Origin: Candidatus Wolfebacteria bacterium GW2011_GWA1_44_24
GTDB taxonomy: Bacteria > Patescibacteriota > Minisyncoccia > UBA6257 > UBA9933
Reading direction: 5' to 3'
NCBI GenBank assembly: GCA_001001115.1
Contig: LCIO01000002.1
Coordinates: 2,848 to 66,847 of the forward strand
Length of the DNA: 64,000 nt
Shown in pieces: positions 15,820-26,300 of this stretch; the stretch's first letter is position 1; every line of letters starts with the position of its first letter. The notes under the pieces were generated by a model that had not been told where the DNA came from, made no database searches, and worked only from the letters and a program-made list of their open reading frames with translations. The position numbers and the translations under genes were made by a program.

Positions 15820-16956
15820 ATGTATATTGAAATTGAACCCCGAGAAGAAGAGGAGTTAAAAAACGGATTAAAAAAAAGAAACGATTTTGAAGCCAAAAGA
15901 TTAAGCCGTTTTCTTGATTATCCGGATTTGACGCGCGATAAAAACAGCCCTTTATTTGAACTTGTCAGGCGCATTAAAAATATCGAACGTTTTTCCGATT
16001 TCGACGAAATCAAAATTCCGGAAATCGTTCGAGCCGATATTAGTTTTGATTTGTTTAATTTCCCCGCCGACCATCCCAGCCGGAGCCGTTCCGACACTTA
16101 TTACATTGACAACAACCACATTTTGCGAACCCACACCACGGTAATGTGGTATTACTATTTGAATCAGGAAATTATTAAAGAAAAAATTAAAAACAAGATG
16201 TCCATAGGAGCTCTTTCTTGCGGCAAAGTTTACCGCAAGGATGAAATAGACCGGAACCATATGAATGTTTTTCATCAGATTGACGGCTGGTATCTTTCTC
16301 CAAAATCAGAAAAAGTCGTCACCATCGACGATTTAAAAATAATTCTAACCGAAATCGCTCAAGCTATTTTCGGCAAAGACATAAAATTCAGGTTCAGCAT
16401 CGATAAGTTCCCTTACACCGACCCGAGCTGTGAGATGGAAATAGAAGTGGAAGGAAGGTGGGTGGAAGTTTTGGGTTCCGGCATTGTTCATCCGGTTGTT
16501 CTTAAAAATTTGGGAATTAATCCCGATGAATACAACGGTTGGGCGTTTGGTTTTGGATTGGAAAGATTGGCGATAATAAGCATGAGTCTTCCGGATATTC
16601 GTTTGCTTTGGTCCGATGATCCGAGGATTAAAAAACAGCTTATTTTAGGCAATAAATATGTCGCGGTCAGCAAATATCCGCCCATCACCAGAGATATATC
16701 GTTTGTGGTCGGCAAAGATTTCGTTCCCAATAATTATTTTGATTTAATAAGGGATATCGGCGGGAATTTGGCTGAAGAAGTGAAGCTGATTGATAAATAT
16801 GAAGATTTTGAAAAATTTGGAAAGAATAAAATCAGTTATACTTATCGTATAATTTATAGAAGCAATGACCGAACTTTGCTTTCAAGCGAAGTTGATAAAA
16901 TCCAAGAAGAAATATACACTGAAACAGCAAAACAATTTAACGCTGAATTGAGATAG
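15820..16956 (+). CDS. pheS: Phenylalanine--tRNA ligase, single-chain mitochondrial-type architecture (class IIc catalytic core + C-terminal FDX-ACB anticodon-binding domain)
   Basis: 378 aa. FPADHPSRSRSDTYYI..ILRTHTT, GKVYRKDEIDRNHMNVFHQIDG (motif 2), FPYTDPSCEMEIEVEGRWVEVLGSGI, GWAFGFGLERLAII (motif 3). Then SKYPPITRDISFVV...YFDLIRDIGGNLAEEVKLIDKYE...YRIIYRSNDRTLLSSEVDKIQEEI...AELR, the FDX-ACB pattern normally found at the PheT C-terminus or in mitochondrial FARS2. Confidence 0.85.
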   Translation: MYIEIEPREEEELKNGLKKRNDFEAKRLSRFLDYPDLTRDKNSPLFELVRRIKNIERFSDFDEIKIPEIVRADISFDLFNFPADHPSRSRSDTYYIDNNHILRTHTTVMWYYYLNQEIIKEKIKNKMSIGALSCGKVYRKDEIDRNHMNVFHQIDGWYLSPKSEKVVTIDDLKIILTEIAQAIFGKDIKFRFSIDKFPYTDPSCEMEIEVEGRWVEVLGSGIVHPVVLKNLGINPDEYNGWAFGFGLERLAIISMSLPDIRLLWSDDPRIKKQLILGNKYVAVSKYPPITRDISFVVGKDFVPNNYFDLIRDIGGNLAEEVKLIDKYEDFEKFGKNKISYTYRIIYRSNDRTLLSSEVDKIQEEIYTETAKQFNAELR

Positions 16957-17033
16957 CTCCTATCGTCTAGTCTGGTCCAGGACACATCCTTTTCAAGGAT
17001 AAAACTCGGGTTCAAATCCCGATGGGAGCACCA
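16956..17033 (+). tRNA. tRNA-Glu (anticodon UUC), CCA encoded
   Basis: GCTCCTATCGTCTAGTCTGGTCCAGGACACATCCTTTTCAAGGATAAAACTCGGGTTCAAATCCCGATGGGAGCACCA. Acceptor GCTCCTA/TGGGAGC, anticodon loop TTTTCAA, T-arm TCGGG-TTCAAAT-CCCGA. The first base is the last base of the pheS stop codon. Confidence 0.92.
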
Positions 17034-17046
17034 TTTTAATTTTTCA

Positions 17047-18090
17047 ATGAAAATTCTTGCTGTTGAAACAAGTTGCGATGAGACGGCAATTGCGCTTGTT
17101 GAGGCAAAAGGCAATTTGATAAAAAACCGCTCCGCCGGCTGGCGGATTAAAATTTTAAAAAATTTAGTGGCGTCTCAAATAAAAATTCACCGGCCTTACG
17201 GCGGCGTGGTGCCGAATTTGGCAAAAAGAGAACATCTCAAAAATTTACCGATTCTTTTTAAAAAGATTCAGGATTCAGGAGTTAAGATTCAAGACTTTGA
17301 TTTAATTGCCGTTACGGTTGGTCCAGGGCTTGAGCCGGCCTTATGGACCGGCATAAACTTTGCTAAAGAATTGGCAAAAAAATGGAAAAAACCGATAATC
17401 GGGGCGAGTCATTTGGACGGACACCTATACTCTTTTTTACTTCAGCGAAAAAGAGTAAATTTGCAAAAGATTTTTCCCGCAATTGCTTTGATTGTCAGCG
17501 GTGGGCATACGACTCTGCTTTTATTGAAAGATTTAACACATTTTAAAAAAATAGGGGAAACAAGAGATGACGCCGCTGGCGAAGCGTTTGATAAAGCGGC
17601 GAGATTGCTGGATTTGCCTTATCCGGGCGGTCCGGAAATTGAAAAATCGGCAAAATTCGGCAATCCGCAAGCGATTGATTTCCCCCGGCCCATGCTTAAC
17701 CAAAAAAATTACGATTTTAGTTTTTCCGGGCTTAAGACGGCGGTATTATATTATTTAAGAGACAATAAAAACGCAAAAAAAGAAGATATTGCCGCTTCTT
17801 TTCAGCAAGCCGCTTTTGACGTTCTGGTTTTGAAAACTTTGAGAGCCGCCAAAGAATTTAAAGCCAAATCAATTTTTGTTTCCGGCGGCGTGGCGGCGAA
17901 CAAAACTTTAATGAAGGAATTCAAAAAAGCCATTAAAAAATCACCCAATTATCCGGTTGCCCAATCGCCAAATTTATTTATCACGGAATTTCCGACCGAT
18001 AATGCCGCAATGATTGCGGCCGCAGCTTACATAAATTTTTTACGGGGAAAAAAAAGACGGTTGACAGCCCAAGGAAATCTTTCAATATGA
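17047..18090 (+). CDS. tsaD: tRNA N6-adenosine threonylcarbamoyltransferase TsaD (Kae1/Gcp family)
   Basis: 347 aa. MKILAVETSCDETAIALV N-terminus, ...GPGLEPALWTGINFAKELA..., HLDGH, ASKHA-fold pattern, ...SGGVAAN... Confidence 0.88.
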   Translation: MKILAVETSCDETAIALVEAKGNLIKNRSAGWRIKILKNLVASQIKIHRPYGGVVPNLAKREHLKNLPILFKKIQDSGVKIQDFDLIAVTVGPGLEPALWTGINFAKELAKKWKKPIIGASHLDGHLYSFLLQRKRVNLQKIFPAIALIVSGGHTTLLLLKDLTHFKKIGETRDDAAGEAFDKAARLLDLPYPGGPEIEKSAKFGNPQAIDFPRPMLNQKNYDFSFSGLKTAVLYYLRDNKNAKKEDIAASFQQAAFDVLVLKTLRAAKEFKAKSIFVSGGVAANKTLMKEFKKAIKKSPNYPVAQSPNLFITEFPTDNAAMIAAAAYINFLRGKKRRLTAQGNLSI

Positions 18091-19160
18091 ATTTTCAATT
18101 TCTAAAAAATCTTGACTGGAAACTGAATTTCGCCGTTTTATTTTTAACAACAACCGGTTTATTGTCTTTGGCCAGCGCTAAGCCGGAGTTGTTTTGGAAG
18201 CAGCTTCTTTTCTTCGGCATCGGCTTGATTTGCGTTTTTCTGACCGTTCAATTTGACTGGCGGCCGTTCATAAATTATAAAACCGTGATTTTAGGAATTT
18301 ATCTTTTTATAATTTTTCTTTTATTCATTACTTATTTTTTCGCGCCAACCGTTCGGGGGGTAAAAGGCTGGCTGCCCATCGGTCCTTTTCAATTTCAAGC
18401 ATCGGAATTCGCCAAAATAGTTTTAATCGTTCTTTTTGCCAATTTTTTCAAGAAAAGGCATATTAGCATCGCCAGGGTTTCCAATTTGCTTATTTCTTTC
18501 GTTTATTTCGCGGCACCCGCTTTTTTAGTTTTAATTCAGCCGGATTTGGGCTCGGTTTTGATTTTATTTTCTATTTGGTTCGGATTTCTTTTGGTTTCCG
18601 GAATAAAATGGCGTCATTTGGCGATTGCTTTGATTATTTTCTCGCTCGCCGGAATTTCAATGTGGTTTTACGGTTTGCATGATTATCAAAAAAACAGGAT
18701 TCTGGGAGTTTTCCTTCCGGAAAGAGACCCCTTGGGAGCGAATTACAACGTGATTCAGGCGAAAATTGCCATCGGTTCCGGAGGTTTTTTCGGCAAAGGA
18801 TTCGGACAGGGAACGCAAACTCAATTGGGATTTTTGCCTGAAGCCGGAACGGATTTTATTTTTGCGGCCATTGTCGAAGAATTCGGGTTTTTGGTCGGCC
18901 TTTTGATAATTTTTGCTTTTCTTGTTTTGGCATTCAGGATAATCGATATCGGTCTGGCCGCTGATAATAATTTCAGCCGTTTTATTTGTCTTGGGGCGGT
19001 AATTTTTTGGGGAGTGCAATTTATGCTTAACATCGGCTCTAATTTGGGACTGACGCCGGTTATCGGCGTCACTTTTCCGTTTTTAAGCTACGGCGGTTCC
19101 AGTCTCTTGACCAATTTGATTTTAATCGGTATGATTCAATCCATTGTTGCCAGAAAATGA
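18087..19160 (+). CDS. SEDS-family peptidoglycan glycosyltransferase (FtsW/RodA/SpoVE)
   Basis: 357 aa with about 10 TMs. FQFQASEFAKIVLIVLFANFF, ...IQPDLGS..., GFLPEAGTDFIFAAIVEEFG, FPFLSYGGSSLLTNLI. Confidence 0.88.
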   Translation: MNFQFLKNLDWKLNFAVLFLTTTGLLSLASAKPELFWKQLLFFGIGLICVFLTVQFDWRPFINYKTVILGIYLFIIFLLFITYFFAPTVRGVKGWLPIGPFQFQASEFAKIVLIVLFANFFKKRHISIARVSNLLISFVYFAAPAFLVLIQPDLGSVLILFSIWFGFLLVSGIKWRHLAIALIIFSLAGISMWFYGLHDYQKNRILGVFLPERDPLGANYNVIQAKIAIGSGGFFGKGFGQGTQTQLGFLPEAGTDFIFAAIVEEFGFLVGLLIIFAFLVLAFRIIDIGLAADNNFSRFICLGAVIFWGVQFMLNIGSNLGLTPVIGVTFPFLSYGGSSLLTNLILIGMIQSIVARK

Positions 19161-20149
19161 AAATCGCCATTTTATTGATTGTCGGCAGTTTGGTTGTCAG
19201 CGCTGTTTCCGGATTTTTTGTTGAAAATCTTCGGCCAGTTGAATATTTAAAAGACCCGCCCGTTGTCCTTGACATTCCCCAAGGCATCGGCTTTAATGAA
19301 ATAACAGAACGGATTAAAACCGCAGGTTTAATTCGTTCAAAAAAGATTTTTAAAACATACGCTGTTTTAAGCGGTAAAGCCAATCGTATTCAGGGAGGCG
19401 GTTACAGTTTTTCTGCGCCGGTTTCAGCGCTTGAATTGCTTAAAATTTTAACTGAAGGTCCAAGGGAAATTTCAATGACAATTTTTCCCGGAATGACTCT
19501 GAAAGAAATTGACGCCCGGCTTTCAGAATTAAGCATCGTCGTTAAAGGCAAACTGCTCGATTTCAATTTCGATAATTTGACAACTGAATATCCGTTTTTA
19601 AAAGGAGTCGATTCGCTTGAGGGATATTTGTTGCCGGACACATATTATTTTTACGAGAATACCCGACCCGAAACGCTGGTCAGAAAAATTTTGGACAATT
19701 TTAAAGAGCGGGCCTTGCCTTTTTTCCGGACAAATGATAACGTTGCGAATGTTTTAAAAATCGCTTCTTTTCTGGAAAAAGAAATTCCGGACAATGACGA
19801 ACGCCGGATTGCGGCCGGCATAATTGAGAAAAGGCTGAAGAACGGCATTTTTCTCCAAATTGACGCCACTGTTATTTATGCTAAATGTTCGGGAAGATTT
19901 TTGGATTGTCCCGAACTTTTCAAGGATGATTTCAAAATCAAGTCGCCGTATAACACTTATCTTCACGTCGGTTTGACGCCGACGCCGATAGGAAATCCTT
20001 CGGTTGAAGCCATTAAATCGGTTATTGAAAAGAAAAATTCGCCCTATTGGTATTATTTATCGGATCCCAAAACAAAAAAGACAATTTTTTCCAAGGATTT
20101 TGATGAGCATAATCGCAATCGTGTCAAATATTTATTAAATAACAGATAA
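19157..20149 (+). CDS. mltG: Endolytic murein transglycosylase MltG (YceG family)
   Basis: 330 aa. N-terminal TM, ...ASFLEKEIP...ERRIAAGIIEKRLKNGIFLQIDATVIY..., SPYNTYLHVGLTPTPIGNPSVEAIKSV. Confidence 0.88.
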   Translation: MKIAILLIVGSLVVSAVSGFFVENLRPVEYLKDPPVVLDIPQGIGFNEITERIKTAGLIRSKKIFKTYAVLSGKANRIQGGGYSFSAPVSALELLKILTEGPREISMTIFPGMTLKEIDARLSELSIVVKGKLLDFNFDNLTTEYPFLKGVDSLEGYLLPDTYYFYENTRPETLVRKILDNFKERALPFFRTNDNVANVLKIASFLEKEIPDNDERRIAAGIIEKRLKNGIFLQIDATVIYAKCSGRFLDCPELFKDDFKIKSPYNTYLHVGLTPTPIGNPSVEAIKSVIEKKNSPYWYYLSDPKTKKTIFSKDFDEHNRNRVKYLLNNR

Positions 20150-20159
20150 TTTTTTTCGG

Positions 20160-20194
20160 TCCCATTCAAATGGGAGGGTATTTTTTTGTTTTTT
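20160..20194 (+). terminator. Candidate intrinsic terminator after mltG
   Basis: TCCCATT..AATGGGA short hairpin with a tight loop, followed by tatttttttgtttttt. It overlaps the rpoB ribosome-binding region (GGGAGGG). Confidence 0.4.
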
Positions 20195-23100
20195 ATGAAA
20201 TTGCCAACTAAAATTTTTTCTTCCCACCCCAAGAGTTCGATTAGCCAACCGTTTCTGGCCGAAATCCAGCACTCATCCTGGGATTGGTTTATGAAACAAG
20301 GTATTCGGGAACTTTTTGAAGAAACTTCTCCGATTAAAGATCCCAGTGGCAAGGAAATGGAGATTCACTTTCTCGATTATTTTTTTGACGAGCCGAAATA
20401 CGACGAAGAAACGGCTTGGTCAAAAGATTTGACTTTTGAAGCGCCTTTAAGGGCTAAAACAAAATTTGTCGACAACCGGACCAAAAAAACCAAAGAGACC
20501 GAAATTTATCTCGGCGATTTTCCGATGATGACTTCCCGGGGAACTTTTATCATCAATGGCGTGGAAAGGGTGGTGGTTTCCCAATTGATTCGTTCCGCCG
20601 GTGTGTATTTTACAGCCGAATCTTACAAAGGGAGGAAGCTTTTCGGCGCTAAAATAATTCCGGATCGCGGTTCCTGGCTTGAGTTTACGGTTGACCCGGA
20701 CGGTTTTATCGGCGTTAAGATCGATCGTCATCGCAAAGCCGCCGTTACTGATTTAATTAGGATATTCGCCAATATGGCCGGCCAGAAAAATTTGGAAAGC
20801 AACGATGATATTTTGAAATTTTTCAAAAATGCGGATACCGGCCCGGTTAAATTTATTGAAGCGACCTTGAAGAAAAGCGAAGCCAAGACCTCGATGGATT
20901 CTTATACGGAGATTTATAAACGATTGCGTCCGGGCGACTTGGCGACTCCGGAAAACGCTAAACATTTAATTGACGCGATGTTTGAACGGAAAGATCGTTA
21001 TAGTTTGTCAAAACCCGGCCGGTTCAAATTTAATCAGCGGTTGGGCATTAAAAACAAAGATTCCCTTTTGCTTGATTTTGAAGACATCACTTTGATCATC
21101 AAGGAAATTATCCGGTTAAATAACGATTCCGCGGCTGAACCGGACGATATTGACCATCTTGGCAATCGTCGGGTAAGAGCCGTCGGTGAATTGCTTCAAA
21201 GTCGTTTGCGCATCGGCTTTCAGCGATTGCGCCGCAATGTTCATGACCGAATGTCCACTTTGGATGTTGCCACCCTTTCGCCGGCTCAATTGATTAACGC
21301 CAGGCCGTTGGTGGCAATCGTCAGGGAATTTTTTACCTCTTCGCAATTGTCTCAGTTCATGGATCAAGTCAATCCTTTGGCTGAGCTTGAACACAAGAGG
21401 CGCCTTTCCTCGATGGGTCCCGGAGGTTTAACCAGGGAACACGCCGGTTTTGAAGTCCGAGACGTTCATATATCTCATTATGGCCGAATTTGTCCGATTC
21501 AAACTCCGGAAGGCGCCAACATCGGTTTAATAAACCATTTGGCTAATTTCGCCCGATTGAACGATTTCGGATTTCTGGAAACTCCTTATCTTAAAGTTAA
21601 AAACGGTAAAATAACTTCGGAAATTATCTGGCTGGACGCCATTGAAGAAGCAAAATACAAAATTGTCCAGGGAAATTCCAAATTAGACAGCAACGGAAGA
21701 ATTAAAGAAAAAATAGTCGAGGGTCGCGTTAAAGGCAAGGCCGGAGTTTTTCCGACGGCAGAAGCCGAATTAATGGATGTTTCTCCTTATCAGATGACCA
21801 GCGTGGCAACGGCTTTAATTCCTTTTCTGGAACACGATGACGCTAATCGGGCGCTGATGGGCAGCAATATGCAGCGTCAAGCCGTGCCTTCAATAAAACC
21901 GTCGGCTCCTTTGGTTTCAACCGGCGTGGAGGAAAAAGCGGCTTTAGATTGCGGTCGGCTGATAATTTCCAAATCCGACGGAATAATAGTTGAAGTGGAC
22001 GCCACTAAAATCGTCGTCGAAAATAATTCCAAAGAAAAACAAATTTATATTCTGAATAAATTCAGGCGTTCCAATGATTTTACCTGCATTTCCCAAAAAT
22101 CTTTGGTGGATAAAGGACAAAAAATCAGGAAGGGCGAGGTTTTGGCCGATAGTTTTTCAACCGACGGCGGCGTTCTGGCTTTGGGACAGAATTTATTAGT
22201 CGCTTTTTTGTCTTGGGAAGGCGCCGATTTTGAAGACGCCATTATTTTATCCGAGCGGGTGGTTAGAGACGATATGTTCACTTCAATTCACATAGAAGAT
22301 TTTGACTGCGATGTCAGGGATACCAAGCTTGGACCGGAAATCACCACGCCGGATATTCCAAACGTGTCCGAGGAAAAATTGAAAAATCTCGACGAGGATG
22401 GAGTTATCAGAATCGGAGCCGAGGTTAAAGCCGGAGATATTTTGGTGGGAAAAATTTCTCCCAAGGGAGAAGCGGAGGTTTCCGCCGAAGAAAGATTATT
22501 AAGAGCGGTTTTCGGAGAGAAGGCCAGAGATATTAAAGACGCTTCTTTGGTTTTGCCTCACGGAAAATCCGGCCGAGTAATCGGCATTAAAGTTTTTTCG
22601 CGCGAAAGGGGAGACAAACTTGAGCCCGGGATAATAAAAAGAATTCGGGTGGAAGTGGCTCAATTAAGAAAAGTGCGGGCCGGAGATAAGCTGGCTGGCC
22701 GGCACGGTAATAAAGGCGTGATATCGCAAATTAGAGCCATGGAAGATATGCCCCATCTTGAAGACGGCACACCGGTTGACATTATTCTCAATCCTCTGGG
22801 TGTTGCTTCCAGAATGAATCTCGGTCAGATTTTAGAGACTCATCTTGGATTAACCGCCCAAAAATTGGGTTATCGGGCGGTTTCTCCGATTTTCGTCGGC
22901 GCCACCGAAGAAGATATTTCCGGTGAACTTAAGAAAGCCGGTTATCCGGAAAACGGCAAATTGAATCTTTTTGACGGCCGGACCGGCCAGCCGTTCCCTA
23001 AGCCGATTACAGTCGGTTACATCTATATAATGAAACTTAATCATTTGGTTGAAGATAAAATCCACATGCGTTCCATCGGGCCGTATTCGTTGATAACCCA

Positions 23101-23377
23101 ACAGCCGTTGGGCGGGAAAGCTCAATTTGGCGGACAGCGATTCGGAGAAATGGAAGTCTGGGCGCTTGAAGGACACGGAGCGGCTTACACTTTACAGGAA
23201 ATGCTTACCATAAAATCAGACGACGTGCTCGGTCGGACGGCGACTTTTGAATCGATTATCAGAAACGAAAAAATAAAAAATCCAGGCACGCCGGCGGCTT
23301 TCAACGTTTTAGTCAGCGAAATAAAAGCGTTGGGATTGGATATTGAAACAGCGAACAAAGACCAGAAATTAAAATGA
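20186..23377 (+). CDS. rpoB: DNA-directed RNA polymerase subunit beta
   Basis: 1063 aa. Motifs GDFPMMTSRGTFIINGVERVVVSQL, ...RRLSSMGPGGL..., GRHGNKGVIS, ...GGQRFGEMEVWALE.... Start is either TTG 20186 (8 nt after SD GGGAGGG) or ATG 20195. Confidence 0.97.
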   Translation: MFFMKLPTKIFSSHPKSSISQPFLAEIQHSSWDWFMKQGIRELFEETSPIKDPSGKEMEIHFLDYFFDEPKYDEETAWSKDLTFEAPLRAKTKFVDNRTKKTKETEIYLGDFPMMTSRGTFIINGVERVVVSQLIRSAGVYFTAESYKGRKLFGAKIIPDRGSWLEFTVDPDGFIGVKIDRHRKAAVTDLIRIFANMAGQKNLESNDDILKFFKNADTGPVKFIEATLKKSEAKTSMDSYTEIYKRLRPGDLATPENAKHLIDAMFERKDRYSLSKPGRFKFNQRLGIKNKDSLLLDFEDITLIIKEIIRLNNDSAAEPDDIDHLGNRRVRAVGELLQSRLRIGFQRLRRNVHDRMSTLDVATLSPAQLINARPLVAIVREFFTSSQLSQFMDQVNPLAELEHKRRLSSMGPGGLTREHAGFEVRDVHISHYGRICPIQTPEGANIGLINHLANFARLNDFGFLETPYLKVKNGKITSEIIWLDAIEEAKYKIVQGNSKLDSNGRIKEKIVEGRVKGKAGVFPTAEAELMDVSPYQMTSVATALIPFLEHDDANRALMGSNMQRQAVPSIKPSAPLVSTGVEEKAALDCGRLIISKSDGIIVEVDATKIVVENNSKEKQIYILNKFRRSNDFTCISQKSLVDKGQKIRKGEVLADSFSTDGGVLALGQNLLVAFLSWEGADFEDAIILSERVVRDDMFTSIHIEDFDCDVRDTKLGPEITTPDIPNVSEEKLKNLDEDGVIRIGAEVKAGDILVGKISPKGEAEVSAEERLLRAVFGEKARDIKDASLVLPHGKSGRVIGIKVFSRERGDKLEPGIIKRIRVEVAQLRKVRAGDKLAGRHGNKGVISQIRAMEDMPHLEDGTPVDIILNPLGVASRMNLGQILETHLGLTAQKLGYRAVSPIFVGATEEDISGELKKAGYPENGKLNLFDGRTGQPFPKPITVGYIYIMKLNHLVEDKIHMRSIGPYSLITQQPLGGKAQFGGQRFGEMEVWALEGHGAAYTLQEMLTIKSDDVLGRTATFESIIRNEKIKNPGTPAAFNVLVSEIKALGLDIETANKDQKLK

Positions 23378-26300
23378 TAGATTTCAATATATTAAAAATT
23401 AATATCGCTTCTCCGGAAAAAATTCTTTCCTGGTCGCATGGCGAAGTTATCAAACCGGAAACCATTAATTATCGGACGCAGCGGCCGGAACGCGACGGTC
23501 TTTTTTCCGAGCGGATTTTCGGTCCGACAAAAGATTACGAATGTTACTGCGGAAAATATAAAAAAATTCGCTACAAAGGCGTAGTTTGCGACAAATGCGG
23601 CGTGGAAATCACCCGTTCTTCGGTTCGTCGGGAACGAATGGGGCATATTTCTCTGGCCTCCCCGGTTGTTCATCTTTGGTTTTTGAGAAGCATGCCTTCG
23701 CGCATCGGTTTGTTTATTGACGCGCCGCTCCAGAAATTGGTGAAGGTTATTTATTACGCGGCTCACATCATTACCGAAATCAATGAAGAAAATAAGAAGA
23801 AAATTTTAGAGGAAGTAGAGAGAGAATTTAAATCGAGGAAAAAAGCGGTCAGCGGCAAAGAAGCGTCCAAAGAATTGGAAACAGCCGCTTCTAAGACCAA
23901 AGAATTTCTTAAGGAAATCAAAATCGGTCAAATTTTAACAGAGACAGAATATCATAATTTAAGCAAACGGTTTGCCGGCGTTTTTGAAGCCGGAAACGGA
24001 GCCGAGGCGATTTATAAAATTCTAAAAAATGTCGATTTAAAGCGAGAGGCGAAAAAAATAGAAGAAGAATTAAGCGAAGTTAAAGATGTCAGCCGGCGGA
24101 AGAAATTATTTTATAAACTTAAAATCATCCGTTCTTTCATTAAAAACGGATCAAGGCCGGAATGGATGATTTTAACGGTTTTGCCGGTTTTATCTCCGGA
24201 TATTAGACCGATGGTGGCGCTTGACGGCGGACAATACGCCACTTCCGACCTTAATGATTTGTATCGCCGGGTGATAAACCGCAATAATCGGCTGAAAAAA
24301 CTTTTGGAAATTCGGGCGCCGGAAGTCATTATTGTCAACGAAAAAAGGATGTTGCAGGAAGCCGTTGACGCTTTGATTGACAATTCGGCGCGTTTCGGTT
24401 CCCAGCAATTGAATTCTCAGCGCCGGCCGTTGAAATCATTGGCTGATATTTTGAAAGGCAAAGAAGGAAGATTCCGCCAAAATTTGCTTGGTAAAAGAGT
24501 TGACTATTCCGGACGTTCGGTGATTGTCGTCGGACCGGAATTGAAATTTGACGAAGTGGGTTTGCCCAAGAAGATGGCATTGGAGCTTTTCAAACCGTTC
24601 GTCATCGGTAAAGTCATTGAAAGAGGATTGGCTTACAACATTAGAAATGCCAATCGTTTGATCGAAGTTGCCGGTCCGGAGATATGGGAAATTTTGGAAG
24701 AAATCATTAAAAATAAAAAAGTTTTGCTTAATCGGGCGCCGACGCTTCACCGTTTGGGCATTCAGGCGTTTCGGCCGGTCTTGATAGAAGACATGGCTAT
24801 CAGAATTCCGCCGATGGTTTGCAGCGCTTTCAACGCGGATTTCGACGGCGACCAAATGGCGGTTTATGTGCCTTTATCGGAAGAAGCTCAAAAAGAGGCG
24901 GAAGAACGGATGCTGGCTTCTAAAAATATTTTAAAGCCGGCCACCGGCGATCCGATTGCCCAACCGACCCAGGATATTGTTTTGGGCTGTTATTATTTGA
25001 CTAAAATTGAAGAGAATAGTGAAGAAAAAAAGAACAAAAAGATTTTTGCTTCAAATGAAGAAGCGTTTATGGCTTATGATTTCGGCTACATTAATCTTGG
25101 TCAGCGGATAAAAATAAATATTAAGGGAGAGCTTATTGAAACAACCGTTGGCCGGGCGATTTTTAACCTTGCTTTACCGGAAGATTTCGATTTTATCAAT
25201 AAGTTGATGAATAAAAAAGAATTAAGCCGGATGATAGCCGCTTTAATTGATAAATACGGCATTGAGGGAATATGGGAGATTCTTGATGAAATAAGATATC
25301 TGGGCTTTAAATATGCCACTATTTCCGGCGTCAGTTGGGGGAAGGACGATTTGATGATTCCGGCCGGGAAGACAGAAATTATAAAAGCCGCTGAAAAAGA
25401 AGTCGAGGCGATTAAGCGGCAATACGAAGAAGGATTACTGACTGATTTTGAACGGCATGTGAGAATCGTTAATATTTGGGACAAGACCAAGGATAAAATC
25501 GCCGCGATTGTTCTAAACATAATTGATCCGTCCGGTTCGGTTTTCACCATCATTGATTCCGGCGCCAGGGGTTCTTGGTCCCAGCCGATGCAGATGATGG
25601 GAATGAAAGGATTGGTTCAAAATCCCCAGGGAGAAACGATTGAGTTGCCGATCAAATCTTCCTATAAAGAGGGTTTAAGCGTCTTGGAATTTTTCATTAA
25701 CACTCACGGCGCCCGAAAAGGATTGACTGATACGGCTTTAAAAACCGCTCAAGCCGGTTATCTTACAAGGCGTTTGGTTAATGTGGCTCAGGATTTAATC
25801 ATTACCGAGAAAGATTGTAGAACAGCGCAGGGAATAAAAATTATTCGCCGGGAAAGCGATGAATACGGCCATTCTTTTGCGGCAAGGGTTTTCGGCCGTA
25901 CCGTGCTTAAAGACATTAAAATCGGCAATAAAGTTTTAGTGGAAATGGGCGAGATAATTAATCGTCAAAATGCCGAGCTGATTGAAAATTCCAAAATTGA
26001 GGAAGTGGAAGTTCGCTCGCCGATAACTTGCAAAATCATTTACGGAATTTGTTCGAAATGCTATGGTTACGATTTGGGTAGAATTTCTCTCGTTGAAATC
26101 GGCGAGGCGGTTGGCGTGGTGGCGGCTCAATCAATCGGCGAACCGGGAACGCAATTGACTTTAAGGACATTTCATACCGGCGGCGTGGCTGGCGTTGACA
26201 TCACTCACGGCCTTCAGAGAGTCCAGGAATTGTTTGAAATTCATTCTCCCAAGGGCAAGGCCTATTTAGCCGAGGCTGACGGAATTATTGAAGACATCGA

